The notes under the pieces are model-generated. The model worked only from the letters and a program-made list of their open reading frames with translations. It had not been told where the DNA came from and ran no database searches. 51,940 nt of DNA from Guillardia theta CCMP2712 (taxonomy: Eukaryota > Protista > Cryptophyta). Where the stretch lies: positions 171,390-223,329 of the forward strand of contig NW_005434570.1 of NCBI RefSeq assembly GCF_000315625.1, written 5' to 3'. Shown here piece after piece: positions 20,848-36,600 of this stretch; within the stretch, counting starts at the first letter, position 1; every line of letters starts with the position of its first letter. Position numbers and translations under genes: made by a program.

Positions 20848-21067
20848 CGGTATGCCGCAGTGCTGTGCTCTGCGGGGGCCAGGCCCTCTCTCCGCCTCTT
20901 CACTTTTCACTACTGCCGGACCGACTATAGCCTAGTAGCCCGCCGCCGCCCGGGCCGCCGCCCGCCGGACCCGGCCCGGTGACCTTGAAATAAATTAAGA
21001 CGTGGCTTAATTTATCAAAAATCAAGACTGGCTTAATCTCTTGACCCGATCGGAAGCGGCGAACTTG

Positions 21068-23984
21068 ATGGCGACGACAAGGTAACTGATGGCAGGGAGG
21101 AGGGAAGGGGGGAGGAGCAGAACCTGTGCGACAGAGAGACGCGGAGAAGGGCAGAACCATCCGAAAGCTGGAGGCTGAGGGACTCGAAGAGGGAGGGAGG
21201 TCCCGGAGTCTTGTCAGGGGCTAATTGCCCGGTGAAGTTAGTGCCAGGGACTGCAGTAGAAAGAAGCACTGACGATCATCAGTGTAGAAAAACTGTCTAG
21301 GTAACAGATGTCAATGACAACTTAGACTTCCCGAGAGAAAGAGATAATACCGAAGGCGTGGCAAATGTCGGAAGAGGAAGGGAGCCGCGTCGAAATGCAG
21401 TGCAGGTTTGCTGCCGCAGCGCTGTTGACTATAAGGCCAGGCGCCTTATCGTCGGGCTTGACATCGAGCCCAGCATCGGGTCACGAGTCTCGACCAGTGT
21501 TGGCTCAAGTCGGCAGAACCATGGAACGATCGTCTCGATAGACGGCGACAGAGTCAAAGGTGACGGCAACTGCTGCTGCAGTAACGTCGCTGACTCATGC
21601 GCCCTTGCAGTCTGCTGGGACGGGGGAAACATAGACAACAGGAAGCTGAGCAGCCACGAGCTATCGGCCGTTGATGCATCAGAGAAGATCTACTTCCGCA
21701 CCCGCGACCACCTGAAGCAGACGGTCCTCACAGACAAGACCACCCCCAACGACATCGCCCTCGAGCTCATTCAAGACCTCGAGGATGCGGAAAACCGCGC
21801 GAGTCAGCTCCGAGTAGCCTCCGCCTCCCACAGCTACCGGTAGGGAAGCCTGGCAAGGGGCAGGGACTGATGAGGCTGCGGTGACAGCAAGACAGAGGAG
21901 ACCGTGACTCTCCAGGAGAGGATCCGGGACCTTGAGCGCGAGCTCGAGGACAAGGAGGAGCTGCTGTTAAGAGCGCGGGAAGAGCTCAAAGAGGAGAAGG
22001 AGAAGCAGCAGGTGCTGGTGACTTGTGCGCTGGCGAGGAGGCTGAGCTGTGGTGGCAGGAGCTGCTGACTAAGGTGAAGGGAGCGCAGACTTCAAGGAAG
22101 GGTTTGGAGGAACAGCTCGAGGCAGAGATGGAGAGCGCAGTGAGGATGCGGGCGAAGTGGGAGGAGGAGAAGAAGAAGAGGTCAAGGCAAGAAGAACGAG
22201 TTGAGGAATGTATGGCCATCAAGACTGAGCTTGACAAGACTTGCAATGATCAGAAGAAACTCATCAGAGAGCTCAGTGAGACTTGAAATCAACTATGACC
22301 TTGTGGATGACGAGTGCTTTTGGATGGAAAAGATCTGCAGATTGATGATGAGAAGCACAAATACAAGCTCCTCGCTCAACAGCAACAAAAGATGGTGAAG
22401 AACTTTACATTGAATTCTTTCTGTCTGTCTGTGATTGGTTTTGGGTTCTTGTTTCTTGCGTTCAGCTGCAAGACGTAGAAGCGTTGAAGAACGAAAGGGA
22501 TCTCGCTCTGGCAAGCTCAACCGAATTGGAAATCAAGCTCCGCAACATGGTGTTGTCAGATGTTTCTGTTGTTTCTCTACACTCATGCTGCCAAAGACCT
22601 CCGAGAAAAACTCCTTGGACGAGAAGTACAACTCAATCAAGATTAGCATGGAGAAGGTAAAGGTTGCATCCTCAATGGTCCAATTCCGATTTGTCTCTTT
22701 TACAAGCTCCAAATGTCCTGCGAGAGAATAGCACAGTCTCACAAGGATCAGACTCATCGCGTCAAACTTGGATCGTCAGAGATTGCGAGTTACGATGACT
22801 CAGCATGGAAGGAGCAAAACGCGAACCTGAGGAAGCAAGTGGAGCAGGCAGATGCTTCTCTTGCCAGTCCTTGACATTGACCTCTCTGTCTCATTCACAG
22901 ATGAGTCAGGAAGTCAGGAACCTTCGACAAAGCTTGCTGAAGTTTGAGACTGAGAATCATGCGTATGATCCCTGAAGAGAAGTTGTTGTGTTGATGGTCA
23001 TGAAACAGGCTCCAGGCTGTGAATGAGGAGTCGACTATCATGATCAAGAAGTACAAGGAGCAGATCTCCTTGCTCGAGCTCCGCATCAGCGAGCTGTTTG
23101 ACTCGTCGATTACCATGAAGAAGAAGATTGAGGAGATTCAGACTTTAGAGATGCGGGTACATGATCGTTATAGCTGGAGCTGATAAGTCTTTGACGTGTT
23201 CGCCACGACAGATCAAAGTCATAACAGAGCAGTACAAGATGGAGTTGGTAGTCATTGGCTCTGCATGCAATTCATGATTCTTACCTGATCGCAGTCTGCT
23301 CATGACGCGCTCAAGTCGGAGGTTCTGACGTTGAGAACCAACATGGTGGAGCTTCAGACTCACTTCGTCGGTCTTGTGATGCTTGTCGACTGGTGCAAGG
23401 CAAACTTCCACCTCGTAAGTCTTCCTCCTCTTCCTCCTCTTCCTCCTCTTTCTCCTCTTCCTCCTTCTGAGCACCTCAACAGTCCGAGGAGATGGGCGGG
23501 GTAGGGATGATAGTCGGCAAGTATCCCCAGGGAGGATCAGCGGGTCGATATCCCGATGGGTCTGACAGAGCAGGGCACATCTACGTGCTGAGGTTCGTTT
23601 GCTAGCTCGAGCAGCAGTCGCTGACTCCTTCCTGCTCTCCTTCGGCAGAATCTTTCCCGACGGCCCAGCAGATCTTTCAAGGAAGATTGAGCTCAACGAT
23701 AGAATCCACCTGGTTGACGACCTCGTGGTTGACGGTGACTTGGCCTACTCCTCTCCTCTCTCCTCTCCTTCTCTCCCCTCCCGGCTCTTCCCTCCCCTCC
23801 TGCCGGCTCTCATCTCATTCCAGACGATCACTCGATAGAAGACGTCTTCCGACACATCCGAGGGAAGCCTGGGACGCAAGTGACCCTCACGCTCGGGAGG
23901 TTCAACAGCAGCAACACCGAAGATCGCTTCAGAGTCACTCTCACCAGACGGCCCCGCTCATCCTACCACCCTGATAGCCACTAG
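21068..23984 (+). CDS. Long coiled-coil protein with C-terminal PDZ domain (many introns; start approximate)
   Basis: E/K/R/L-rich exons 21700-23350; GVGMIV..IYVL|RIFPDGPADLSRKIELNDRIHLVD..|HSIEDVFRHIRGKPGTQVTLTL. Confidence 0.75.
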
Positions 23985-24084
23985 CATGACTGTCTATCCC
24001 AGCTCCAACTGCTTGTCTTGCTGGTATCCAGCTGTTATCAGTTGCTCCTGCTAGGCAGCGTAACGATGAATGAATCATTGTTTC

Positions 24085-24492
24085 CTAACCTTCCGTCTTT
24101 CCTTTCCCCTTCCTGCTACCCTGACTCGCTCGTAAGGTCATTCCCTTGCCTTTCGATTCTCCTTGTTGCGTCCTCTGCTGTGCTATGAGAGCAAGACCCT
24201 CCTCTTCGAAAGCCCTTATTGGAGCCATACGAAAAAGAAGGACAGTACCTTGACACATTTTGATTGTTTCAGGTAACGACAGCTGCACAGCAACAATTGT
24301 CACCCCCTCCTCCAATTCACGACGCAGCTGTACGACAAGTAAGATTCATCCGTCCCTGTGCTCTTGCTTTGCCATTACCTGGTGAGCCATGAGTCTTTTT
24401 GAAGAGGCCAGCAGGATGAAGAAGATTGCCTGTACCCTATCGGTTTGTAGATGTCCGAGGGTTTTTAGATCTTCAGACATCACAGTGTACAT
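24085..24492 (-). pseudogene. Possible C-terminal fragment of a FAM173-like SAM methyltransferase
   Basis: AIFFILL..LMAHQ|LRRELEEGVTIVAVQLSLP resembles LxxELxxGxxVvxxxFxxP; no motif I found. Confidence 0.25.
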
Positions 24493-24725
24493 CGTGGCAA
24501 AGATAGAGATAGAAAGTGTCTATATGAGCGTCAAGAATGCAAAAAACGACCAAGGTCGCTCTGGTCGACAATCTCATACCCCAAATAAGATTAAAGACAC
24601 CAGCACTGCCGAGGCAGATAGTTATGCAATCATTAAAAGTTTTAAAATCACATCTTCTTGACCGAATACAAGACAAAAACAATGAAGAGGGTAGATTAAA
24701 TAGCACACGTGTCTAGCATCAAAGT

Positions 24726-25402
24726 CTACATGCTCTGAGAGTTGGAAGAAGAAGCTCGTTGCGGACACCGTCTCCTCTGACCCTTGTGCGTGTATGGCCA
24801 CTTCACAACTCCCAATCTTCTACAAACATGCTTCATAGTTGACTTGCCGATGCCCTGTGTAAGAGTAAGATTGATGTGCAAGATATGCATCAGTCACTTA
24901 CAATCTTCTTCGCAGCCATCTCAATACTTTCGTGGAAGTGCTTGGAAAGAACTTCCAAAGTGATCACGACAGGTCTGTTCTCCAGAGCGTTGCCTCTTCT
25001 TGGTATGATCCTCACCCAGGGCTCCTTGGTATCAGACATTGCCGAGTGGAATTGATCCTCAGCATCGTACTCGTGCTTCACTGCTGCGTTTGCATCCGTT
25101 CTCGTGAGGTTTTCATGTGCCTCCTTGGTGAACGGCTCGTCACTGTCATCAGACTGCTCCTTGACGTTGGCCTCGTCTGGATCTGTGCTGATCTCATCCC
25201 ATGCATCTTGCTCAAGAGGGTTCGGTGTGACACATCGCAGCGCTGGTGTGGAAAGGTCTGTGTTAAAAAGCTCTTGCGCGCTCTCCGGTGCCGCGTTCAT
25301 GTTGGAGTCAACAGCTCCGAGGGGTTGGTCCAAGAGATCGCTGTCTGGCACGCTCAGAAATGCCAAGATCTCCTGAGCTGTCAGCGGATTGATCAAAGAC
25401 AT
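24726..25402 (-). CDS. RWP-RK transcription factor
   Basis: ITLEVLSKHFHESIEMAAKKI|GIGKSTMKHVCRRLGVVKWPYTHKGQRRR; one intron ~24855-24900; acidic N-terminus. Confidence 0.9.
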
Positions 25403-25859
25403 GGAGAACAACAGATCTAGTTCACAAGTCAGGCTCGCTCGAGAGGATAAATCTCAAATTCTGATGATTTTCACGATTTCCTCCTGCCTTCGACGGCCCC
25501 AACGGGCAAACCAACAACCAAGGCAGGGAACCTTTGAGGGTTTGCTTCTGATGACAGATCTTCAATCTAGAGGCAAGAAGAATTCCAGCTCGGACTCGAG
25601 GCTCCGCTAGAACTCCTCAGGGATGGCCACGGACACTTGCACGAATGGGAACCCAAGGTGTGAAATTGGAGCAGCGAGCACGGAAGTAGAAAGCAGGGAC
25701 TTCAAGAAACCAAGATTGGGATGAGGAGAGGAATGATAATGGGCCACGAGAGGAGGGAGCGTGTTGGTGGTGTGAGGGAGGAGGGCGAAGGGATGCCGTG
25801 GGAAACAGGAAGGAAAGAAATCTCTGGCAGCGAACGAGGCGAGGCACTTTATAGAACCA

Positions 25860-27030
25860 AGGGGGTGGGTGGGGCCTTTCGTGGAGGAGACGGAGTGGAT
25901 ACAGTGTCCTCAGAAAAGGTAGGGTGGTGACGGGTTGATGTCGGGGTGGTCAGAATGATTATTCCAACCGGCGCGATTTTGTGGAAACCGTGACTCACCT
26001 CGGTCCAAAAAATAGGGGTTGTGGGAGGAGGATCTCGTTCACCATGGTCTGTCATGGGTGGTGTAGCTAGTAAAAAGGGGGGTGAATCAGAAAATCTTGA
26101 AAAGTGGGTGGGTGGGGGTACTGCCTTCAGAGGTCATACGCAGTCGACGATACAGGGGGTAGGTAGGTGGATCGATCAGTCACGGACCATTCTGGGGTAC
26201 TGGAAGGTACTGACATGATAGGGTGGGGGTAGTAAAGCAGGCAAATTAACATTGTTTTATCTAAAAATCATTTCTGCCAAAGAATTGTACTCGTGCGGGT
26301 GGGTGGTTCTACCCAGTAAACAATATTGAGTCAGAACAGGGGGTGATAAGGGTGGTTGTTGATCACTATGAAAAAAGGACAGCCATGAAATCACCTCGTG
26401 ACCTTTCCGATACGTTTGACTTTCAGTTCGTTTCATCCAAAGAAGCCAGTTACCTAGATCAGCAGTCATGCTACCCTGATGACCAACTCCACCCCTACCC
26501 ACTGATGTTCAGAGCCCTTTCGATACACCCTCCCTATTCACCAAAAGAGACCCCACCAATACCCAGGGAAAAACCTTATTGGAGGACCCCCCGATGTATG
26601 GGTTTGCACCTTATACACCGGAACTCCGCTTTCTTTCTTCCCTCAAAAATTGAAAGGATGACTAATTATTTTGCTCGGTAGGATCATGATTAAAAAAAAT
26701 GTTGCATGCAATGAAAAGGTGCAAATTCGATATCCTAACCCTCTTATGTTCTTATTATGTAAAGCTGACACACCCCCTTTACCCCCCATTGACCAGACAT
26801 CGGTAGGGTGTCGGTGCTATGCTGACTGATACGTCAACAAGGGGCGGAGACGGGATGAAAAAAACATCGACGCAGTTAGAACTCGATACCCCTCAACCAA
26901 AAGTGATCTAAAAATATCGATGGGTCTAAGTACCCACCGACTCTTTACGGTAACTTAGACAGAACAGCAGGGGTGGACACTTTTGAAGTGGCGGGGTACT
27001 CGATTGTATCTCTACCCACCCCTACCCCCC
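25860..27030. promoter_or_regulatory. Non-coding tract dense in GGGT/ACCC (GGGGTGGG, TACCC) words; largest of several similar upstream tracts
   Basis: No credible ORF; similar tracts at ~3060-3240, 7857-8010, 13390-13645, 16930-17230, 30240-30615, 47740-47832. Confidence 0.4.
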
Positions 27031-27272
27031 GATTGGGAGGGCATCAACCCTCACATTGGCCGCCGTCTATCCAGCGATCAAGGTTGCGGGGCCGGAGAGT
27101 CTGAAGATAACGCGATACGAGAAGACAGGCGCTGGCAGAGGGCCTAACGTCACCGGGGGTGCCTGCAGCTGATGACTGGGAGGAGTTTTTGCGACGACTC
27201 ATCAAGGGTATGCACCATGGGGTAGGCGATCAAGGGTGCTGAATGATGTGGAGGGGTGTTGTAGCGGGAAAG

Positions 27273-27417
27273 ATCTTTCTGGTACCGGAGTGACCCCTAG
27301 ATCTTACAGAGTACCAGAAATCTTTCTGGTACCGGAGTGACCCCTAGATCTTACAGAGTACCCCCACCCACCCCTTCATCATCTTTCTGGTACCGGAGTG
27401 ACCCCTAGATCTTACAG
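27273..27417. repeat. Three copies of a 37-bp unit with 10- and 24-nt linkers
   Basis: atctttctggtaccggagtgacccctagatcttacag at 27273, 27320, 27381. Confidence 0.95.
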
Positions 27418-27781
27418 GGTTGAAACCTGGGAGCCTCACGATTACACGTTTTGACCGGGGCAAGGAGGGGGTGGGTCCTGGGAGGGGTGGTAGCGGACTG
27501 TCCGGTGTAGGCATACAGAGAGATTTCCTTTTGCACGACGACAAGCAGCGCCGGTCGATGTTGTCGTGCGACCGAAACGTTGCGATATCACCATTTCCGA
27601 AAAGTAGCGACTCGACTATGGCAGTCTTGACCCCGGGAGGGCGCGCGGACCCTGCACGAACAAAGTCGTTAGGAGATAGAACGTCGTAGATGACCAGCAT
27701 GCTGCTCCATCTTTCCGCGTCTGTGCTCCGAGATCAAAGATGGAGCTAGTGGTCATAATCATCGAGAACCATCTTGCGTCG

Positions 27782-28041
27782 CTAGTCGAACCAGATTATC
27801 TCGAATATAACCCGACTCTCTGACAAGAATGTCCGCGTGAAGCAAGTGCAGCACTTGAAGACGCGCGTGTCAACCGTGCGAGCCACAAACAAGGATTCAG
27901 AACCTATTACGTGCACTTCTTTCACAGACCTCCTGCTTTGGATAGAGGGTACAAGTAGCTGGGGCGACAGTTCCTTTTTAGTCAATCTCACCGAGGAATC
28001 CGCGGTTTCATGATGACGCGATTGCAATATGGGCAAAACAT
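27782..28041 (-). CDS. Hypothetical zinc-ribbon protein; may extend to ~27350
   Basis: MFCPYCNRVIMKPRIPR|GTGAGA intron, then RSVKEVH..FKCCTCFTR gives CxxC..CxxC. Confidence 0.35.
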
Positions 28042-28155
28042 GGTGCCAAGAATGTCTTGTTTCGCACACACGATTGAGTTTCTTGAAACTTTGAAGAAAA
28101 TTTTTGTGTACATCGAGGGTGGGATGCCTAAACTCAACTTGCCCTCGTAAATGAA

Positions 28156-30082
28156 TCATACTCTTGCCTCCTTGAATTCTTTCCAGTAAGATGTCATATC
28201 CAACGCAACCTTCACATCAAGTTATCACATCGAGTCCAGAAGCTGGCAAGCTTTGCCATTTACCTCACAGCTCTGTGAAACCACCGGGTCCTTGTCGTGA
28301 AGGTACCTTTCAAGAAGTTCTCTGTGATACCAGGAATGCAATTACATTCGGAGTCGCAAAAGGAGCACCAGACGTGCTGTACCTGCATTCCACTAGCCCC
28401 ATACCCCCGATAGCCTCAGCAGCTTCATGCCGAACCTGTTAATGAAATATCGACATCATCTCAACGTCGAATTTGTCGGGGAGAGGGTTTTGACTACACC
28501 ATGGAGTTCTCGGTGCTGTTTTCCAGAAGGGATTGAAGAGCAGGGAGGGCCTCAGGGTCCGATATTTGTCCAAGAACAAAAGCAACCTGTCTTCATTGAG
28601 TTGCATCGAGTCTTGACAAGCAGCAACAATCACTTCGTGTCGAAACAAGGCGTTTGGGTCTTTCACCCCCTCACAGATCACTGTCAAAAGATCACGATGT
28701 ATCTTTTGACCCAGAAGGCAGATGGCAAAACCACCTTTGACACATTCCGGGCCACCCAAGTTTCGGAGTGAGAAGAGGGCCTATAGGAGAGAAAGATCAT
28801 ATGATCGAGGGAGACGTCAATTCATGTACCCTATATCTATCGAACAAGCTCCGCTTCTGGTCGAGAAAAACTTGGGAGATCCAGCTCTTTTGGCCCTCAG
28901 GCTTGTTGTCCGATTTCCCAAATGCTGGCGCGGGGTCAACTGAGACAAATTCACTCTGTGAGAATTTGAGTCAATCGCAGCTGAAAGCAGCAATGAAAGC
29001 AGCAAGAGACAACAACACATTTTGCAGCAAATCTTCGCCGCCCTAAAAATTGCAGATGTTACGGCTTGCTGTCAACATGCAATGAATGAGAGCAATTTCA
29101 TACCTCCTCTTTCTTCCACATCATTCTGTCAATAGCAATGATGCAGGTATCAGCAACTTTGAAAAATGCATGTCAGTGCAAACTGTCATCGGCCATTGCA
29201 AACACCTTCTTGGCAGGGATCAAGAGTCATTTGCACGAGCAAGGGCACACATTCTTCATCACCAATCGCAGAGAGAGCCTTCAAAAAGAGACCTTTGATG
29301 ATATGATACAACAGCAGCCAATTCATCGCACCTCAGCAGCTTCATGCCTCACTATCGCTTCCTCGGATCGATCTTGAAGGATTTCCCGTAAGATTGGTAC
29401 TGAAACACATGTACTCAGAGGGAAAGGGCATAACGCGAGCTGGTTGTTCTCAATCCTCCACCTCACCTGCTTCTGCCGATCTTGTTTGCCCGAGTGCGTA
29501 ACATACCTGCATATCGGCACAATCAAAGCACTCCTGCTGTAACTTCCAAGCTCTCACTTCATGTCGCAGTAAGGCGGACTACAAACAGAACCATCTTGTC
29601 AGAAAGAAGATCGAGAAAAGGAAAGATCGTGTACATCAGTGTTGAGTTGCTCTCTGATCTCTTCTACCAGTCTGCTCAGATCCTTGTTATCCTGACATGA
29701 GTAGTTAGAACTGACATGAGCCAAGAGATACTTACAACATCGCTGTGTTCATGCATTTTCTCCTGCATCTGATGCAGACACCGTGAAACATGCTCATAAC
29801 AAACAATGCCGTTACCATTCTAGCTGTGTTGGCCCTGTCCCACAAGACTTCCATCTTCTTGGATAGCTTCATCTCCTCCCCTCCTCGCAATCGCAGCCTC
29901 CTGCAATCGGAGTCAGGCTTTGCCCGCATGCCGATCCTAGAAGCTGACCTGAGCTGTAGAAGGCTGTGGTATGGCTCAGCATGCCACTGCAAGTTGATCA
30001 TCGACCCATCTGTCCCAGCTGACTTATCCAGCAGCAGGTCCAGGAGGACCACAAGCAGCGCTGGTGCGATGCGCCCTGCCAT
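28156..30082 (-). CDS. DOHH: Deoxyhypusine hydroxylase with N-terminal signal/targeting leader
   Basis: HEAT-repeat HE motifs SALLRHE|VCYALGQ, EAIVRHEAAE|AL, SVDPAP, YRALFSLRNLGG, NALFRHE, VRHEAAEAIG, VVSQSCE|VALDM; leader MAGRIAPALLVVLLDLLL..RLRLRGG. Confidence 0.92.
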
Positions 30083-30838
30083 GGCACTTTCCACTACTGC
30101 TGGTTGCTCGCAAATTGTGCTGTAACCTGGCTGTAACGGTTTTGAGAACCATCAAAAAGACAGAGATATTTTTATAGGTATTTTGCATTATGATATCATT
30201 GCTGCCCTCACACCTCCTCCGCAAATAGATAGGATAGAATGGGGGTGGGGGTTGAAAAGAGGGTGGATCAAGGATTGTGGGTGGGTATTAATCAATAGAG
30301 AGTAGGGGTGATAAACATAGAAATTGAGGGGTGGTGTATTTTTTGACGGTTGTTGAGGGTGGGGTGGGTTGGCTTTTGATGAAAGGAAACGCCAAGGTTC
30401 TCTTTAGGCACTACCCACCCCTATTTAACAAAGATTCGAAGGTAGTCAACTGGAAATGTGTTTTATTAACCCCTGGTGAAGCTTTGATCACCCCTGTAAC
30501 ATATATATTCTTGGTCCATTGAGATAGGTGGGGTATATGACCCTAGTTGTCCTTTTTTCCCTTTGAATCTCAAGGACCCTACCCTTGTTAATATCCTTTG
30601 CACCCCCACCCCTTGAGAATACATGAGAACTCCTCCCCCTGCGGCGTCATGGCATGTTGATGAATGCTCAGGGAACCGAGGAACGGAAGGAGCGAAGGAG
30701 GATATGAGAAAGAGAGGGGAGATGGAGAGGAGAGTCGGAGGAGAGTCGGAGGACAGTGAGAATCACGAGTCAGGAAAGATGAAGCATTAAGATGGAACTG
30801 ATAGTTCTCCCTATGAAAAATTAAGGGTGCACAAGAAA

Positions 30839-31036
30839 TTAGATCAGGGAGGGAAAATCGCCAATAGAGATGTCAGAAGTATCAAATGGATGATAGTTGT
30901 TGAGTTTGACATCTGGTTTGGATGAAACTTGTTGCTGTATGATAGTAGCGAATAAGCATGGTCCGTACTGGGGTATGTCGAGGGACCCAGGCGCATTCTG
31001 ATTGGGATCAGGCTTGTTGTAACTCAAGTCAAACAT
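30839..31036 (-). CDS. Possible small hypothetical protein
   Basis: 65-aa ATG ORF MFDLSYNKPDP.. only; no recognisable motif. Confidence 0.2.
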   Translation of the reverse strand: MFDLSYNKPDPNQNAPGSLDIPQYGPCLFATIIQQQVSSKPDVKLNNYHPFDTSDISIGDFPSLI

Positions 31037-31202
31037 GACTCCTGCAACATCTTAGGATGATAGTGGACAGAATGAAAGGTTTGATGTTGCAGTGTAGCCG
31101 ATCGATGTAGATTGTAATGATGCACCTTAACACGCAATAGAGTTTGTCCTGTGCCAACGACACTTGACCGCTATAGCAGGCCGCCCGAGGATACAGCCAA
31201 GA

Positions 31203-33503
<2,301 letters not shown>

Positions 33504-33509
<6 letters not shown>

Positions 33510-33664
33510 CTGTAGCTAACCTCGTGTTTCCATACATCTGTCGTCTTAGATCGCATTTCATAACTGTAGCTAACCTCGTGTTTCCATACATCTGTCGTCT
33601 TAGATCGCATTTCATAACTGTAGCTAACCTCGTGTTTCCATACATCTGTCGTCTCAGATCGCAT
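33504..33664. repeat. Three tandem 54-bp units spanning both convergent stop codons
   Basis: tcataactgtagctaacctcgtgtttccatacatctgtcgtctYagatcgcat at 33504, 33558, 33612. Confidence 0.97.
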
Positions 33665-36600
33665 CTACCTCCACATCTTGGTTCACCAGCACCTTTTTGC
33701 GCGCCAAATGTTCTGCATCCTTGAACTTGAGCTCGAGCGGCGCGTACCCGATCACTTGCATGACGCTCCTTGCCGTCGACCCCTCCGCGTGCGCTGCTCG
33801 CCCCGAGTCAGCCACGAGGTTGCGGTAGAGGAACTCGTAGCGAGAGAGCCCCAGGTTGAGGAGGAGGCGACCAGGCTGCCGCAGAGAGCAGAGGAGATCA
33901 GTAACTTCCCCGAGGATCAGGTAAGTCGGCCGTGAGGTGAGTGTGGCCTCCACGTTGTAGGCCATGGAGATGCTCTCCCAGTCTTTGTCGTACTCGCTCC
34001 TCTCGAAGGAGCTCGGATGAAAGAGAGTCCCGTCCCGTCCTTCCCGCCGCCTCTGCAGGTCAAACTCAGCATAACGACAAGAAGGAGGATGTCGGTACAG
34101 ATTATCTCATGATGACAATGGTGGTGGTGGTGGTGGTGGTGGTGGTGATGATGATGATGAGGAGGAGGAGGAGGAGAATGGGGCAGGGCGAGGAGACGAT
34201 CAAATCTTGATGTGAGTGTGTGGTGATGGCGCTGGTAGCTGATGATGATGATGATGATCTTACCCAGCCCTTCCAGGTGCAGCCAGACAGATCAGCTGCA
34301 ACGACACCGTACACGGAGTGGATGGGGTCCAGGAACTGGAGGATGGCTCTGTAGCGGGTGATCATGTGAAGGAACGTCTCGAGCTCCTGGGAGGGGTCCT
34401 GTATCCTCTCCGCGTGCTCGTAGACTTCGTAGTGCTCGGCGTCGAAGGGCTGGAGCTCGATCTTGACTCGAGAGCTGGCAGGGACGTGGAGAAGGATGAG
34501 GGGCTTGGAGTGCTTCTTTGCCGCATCCTTCTCCTGCTTCACCATGTCCCTCACTAGCGCGTTGCGGATGGTCTGAACCTGGTCTCCTCGCTCCCACTGC
34601 CTAAAGGATCTGAGCTGCTGGATCGTGTGAAGGTCCCGCTGCCGCTTCCTGTCTCCGACGGCTCTCTTGAGCAAGTCGACAATGAGGATGACGTAGGAGA
34701 TGAAGATAACTTCGTCCACCCGCTGATTTCTCATCACCCGCACCATGTCAGGGATCAGGTCGTGCTTGCGCCACAAGAAGATGGTCCGCATGTAGTCCTC
34801 GAACTTAATCGTCTCGCTCACATCCTCCGACAGCAGGAACAAGGGCACGAACCGCTTCCAGCTCTCCGTCTTCTCCAGTATGCTCATGTCCCGCTGCAGC
34901 CTCACGAGGACGTTGAGCTCGGAGCGGATCAGGAGCTCAATGGCGTCGTCGTCCTCGTTCCTCACCAGCTCCCCGTCCTTCCCTCGGTACCCGAACGGGT
35001 AGGGCAGCACGCACATCATGCGGTTGAGGACTGAGATAGGAGCTCGACCTGTCTGCCTGTCGAACAAGGAGAAGATCTGCGAGATCAGCTGCGTCTGCTC
35101 CGTGGTCGGGCCCGTCGACCAGTCGCCGTCCTGGGAGTCTCCGACCTCTTCGGTGAAGAAACCGAAGTTGTCGAGGATCATGCCGATGAAGAGATTGAGC
35201 ATCACCTTCTCGCACACGAGCTTCATCACCACGAACACGATGAACGAGTAGCTCTGCCCGCAGTCCCCGAAGGACAAGTTGAAGTCCTTCCACTCCCTCC
35301 ACCCGTAGACTGAGTCATCGAAGACGGGGGTGCAGTAGGGAGGTTGTATCCCGCAGTCCTTCACCAGCTCCTGCCACTCGTCCCCCGTCACGATCTGCAA
35401 GATGGTCATAAGAGAGCTCTCGTATGAGAAGAAACTGGCGGTGGGGCCGAGCCGAACGCCGTTCCTTGTGGTGCCGAACATCTGGACGAAGCTGACAGCG
35501 AAGATGGAGTAGACGAGGACCAGGAGGAGGACGATGTTTGCAAGCTGGGGGAGACAGGAGACCAGGGTCTCAAGGATGATACGGATAGGAGTGATCATCT
35601 TCATCAGCTTGAAGATTCGGAACAACCGAAAAGACTTAGAGAACTGAGAGACCTTGTCGTTCTGTGCCATGTACCCGGCAGAAGACCCGAGCGCAATGAT
35701 GAGGTCGAAAGTCTTCCAGTTGTCATTCAGGAAGGCCCCAGGGCCAAACCCAACGAGGTTGATGCAGACTTCTAGCAAGAGGACGGCGTAGAAGAAGTTG
35801 TTCTGTGAGTTGATCATGTTCTCGAAACTCTGTGAGGCCCCGGCATGATCGACGAGCATGAACGTCACGTTGATCAGCACGCAGAGAGAAGAAGTGACGT
35901 CAAAGTATCTGTGCTCTAGCAGCTTCCTTGCTTGCACGCTGACGCCATTCTGAGGCAGGCGGAACTTGAAGTACTTGGGCTTGTACATGTAGAGCTGACG
36001 GTTGAACCTTGAGAAGATGATGTCCTTCTCAGAAGACCCCTTGTTGGCGTTGAAGCCGTCGATGATAAAACCGACAAACAGGTTCATCACCTGAAGGAGA
36101 ATCAGTAAAAGCAAGAGTCAGCTCAATACACTCACAAACAACCCGCCGATGATGAGGTAGACGACGAAGAACAAGCCGTTGTACACGCTGTAGTTCACCT
36201 GAGGGCTCTGGTCGACGTCTGTCACGTCCATGGCCTGGTAGATCACGTTGACGTACTTGAATGTCATCACCTGGAACAGAGTCTGCACCGAGTTGCCAAA
36301 AGTGTCGAAGTCGAAACGAGGGTTCCGCCAGGAGGAGGGGACCGCAACCCCGTTATCGATGAGGAACCAGCCGAGGCAGTCTGCCTTGCCTTGAGGAAAG
36401 GCGACTGACGGGTCGCTGCAGGACTTGAACTTGCCGCCGAAGAGACCCATGCCTATGAGGCCGAACACCATGAAGGTGAAGATGGTGAAGATGATGACGT
36501 AGAGCACAGGAGTCAGGGTTCGGAGGAGAGCATCTATCACCAGCCTGAGCCCCTCGTTCCTCTTCATCAGCCTCAGCGGCCTCAGGGCTCTAGCAAGGCG

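Noticed and set aside
20553-20982. AQHST / VLCCA repeat ORFs
   Set aside because: Translations of the (TGCTG)n microsatellite
27273-27417. CRISPR-like array
   Set aside because: Only three units, linkers of 10 and 24 nt sharing a 5' end, eukaryotic context, no cas genes
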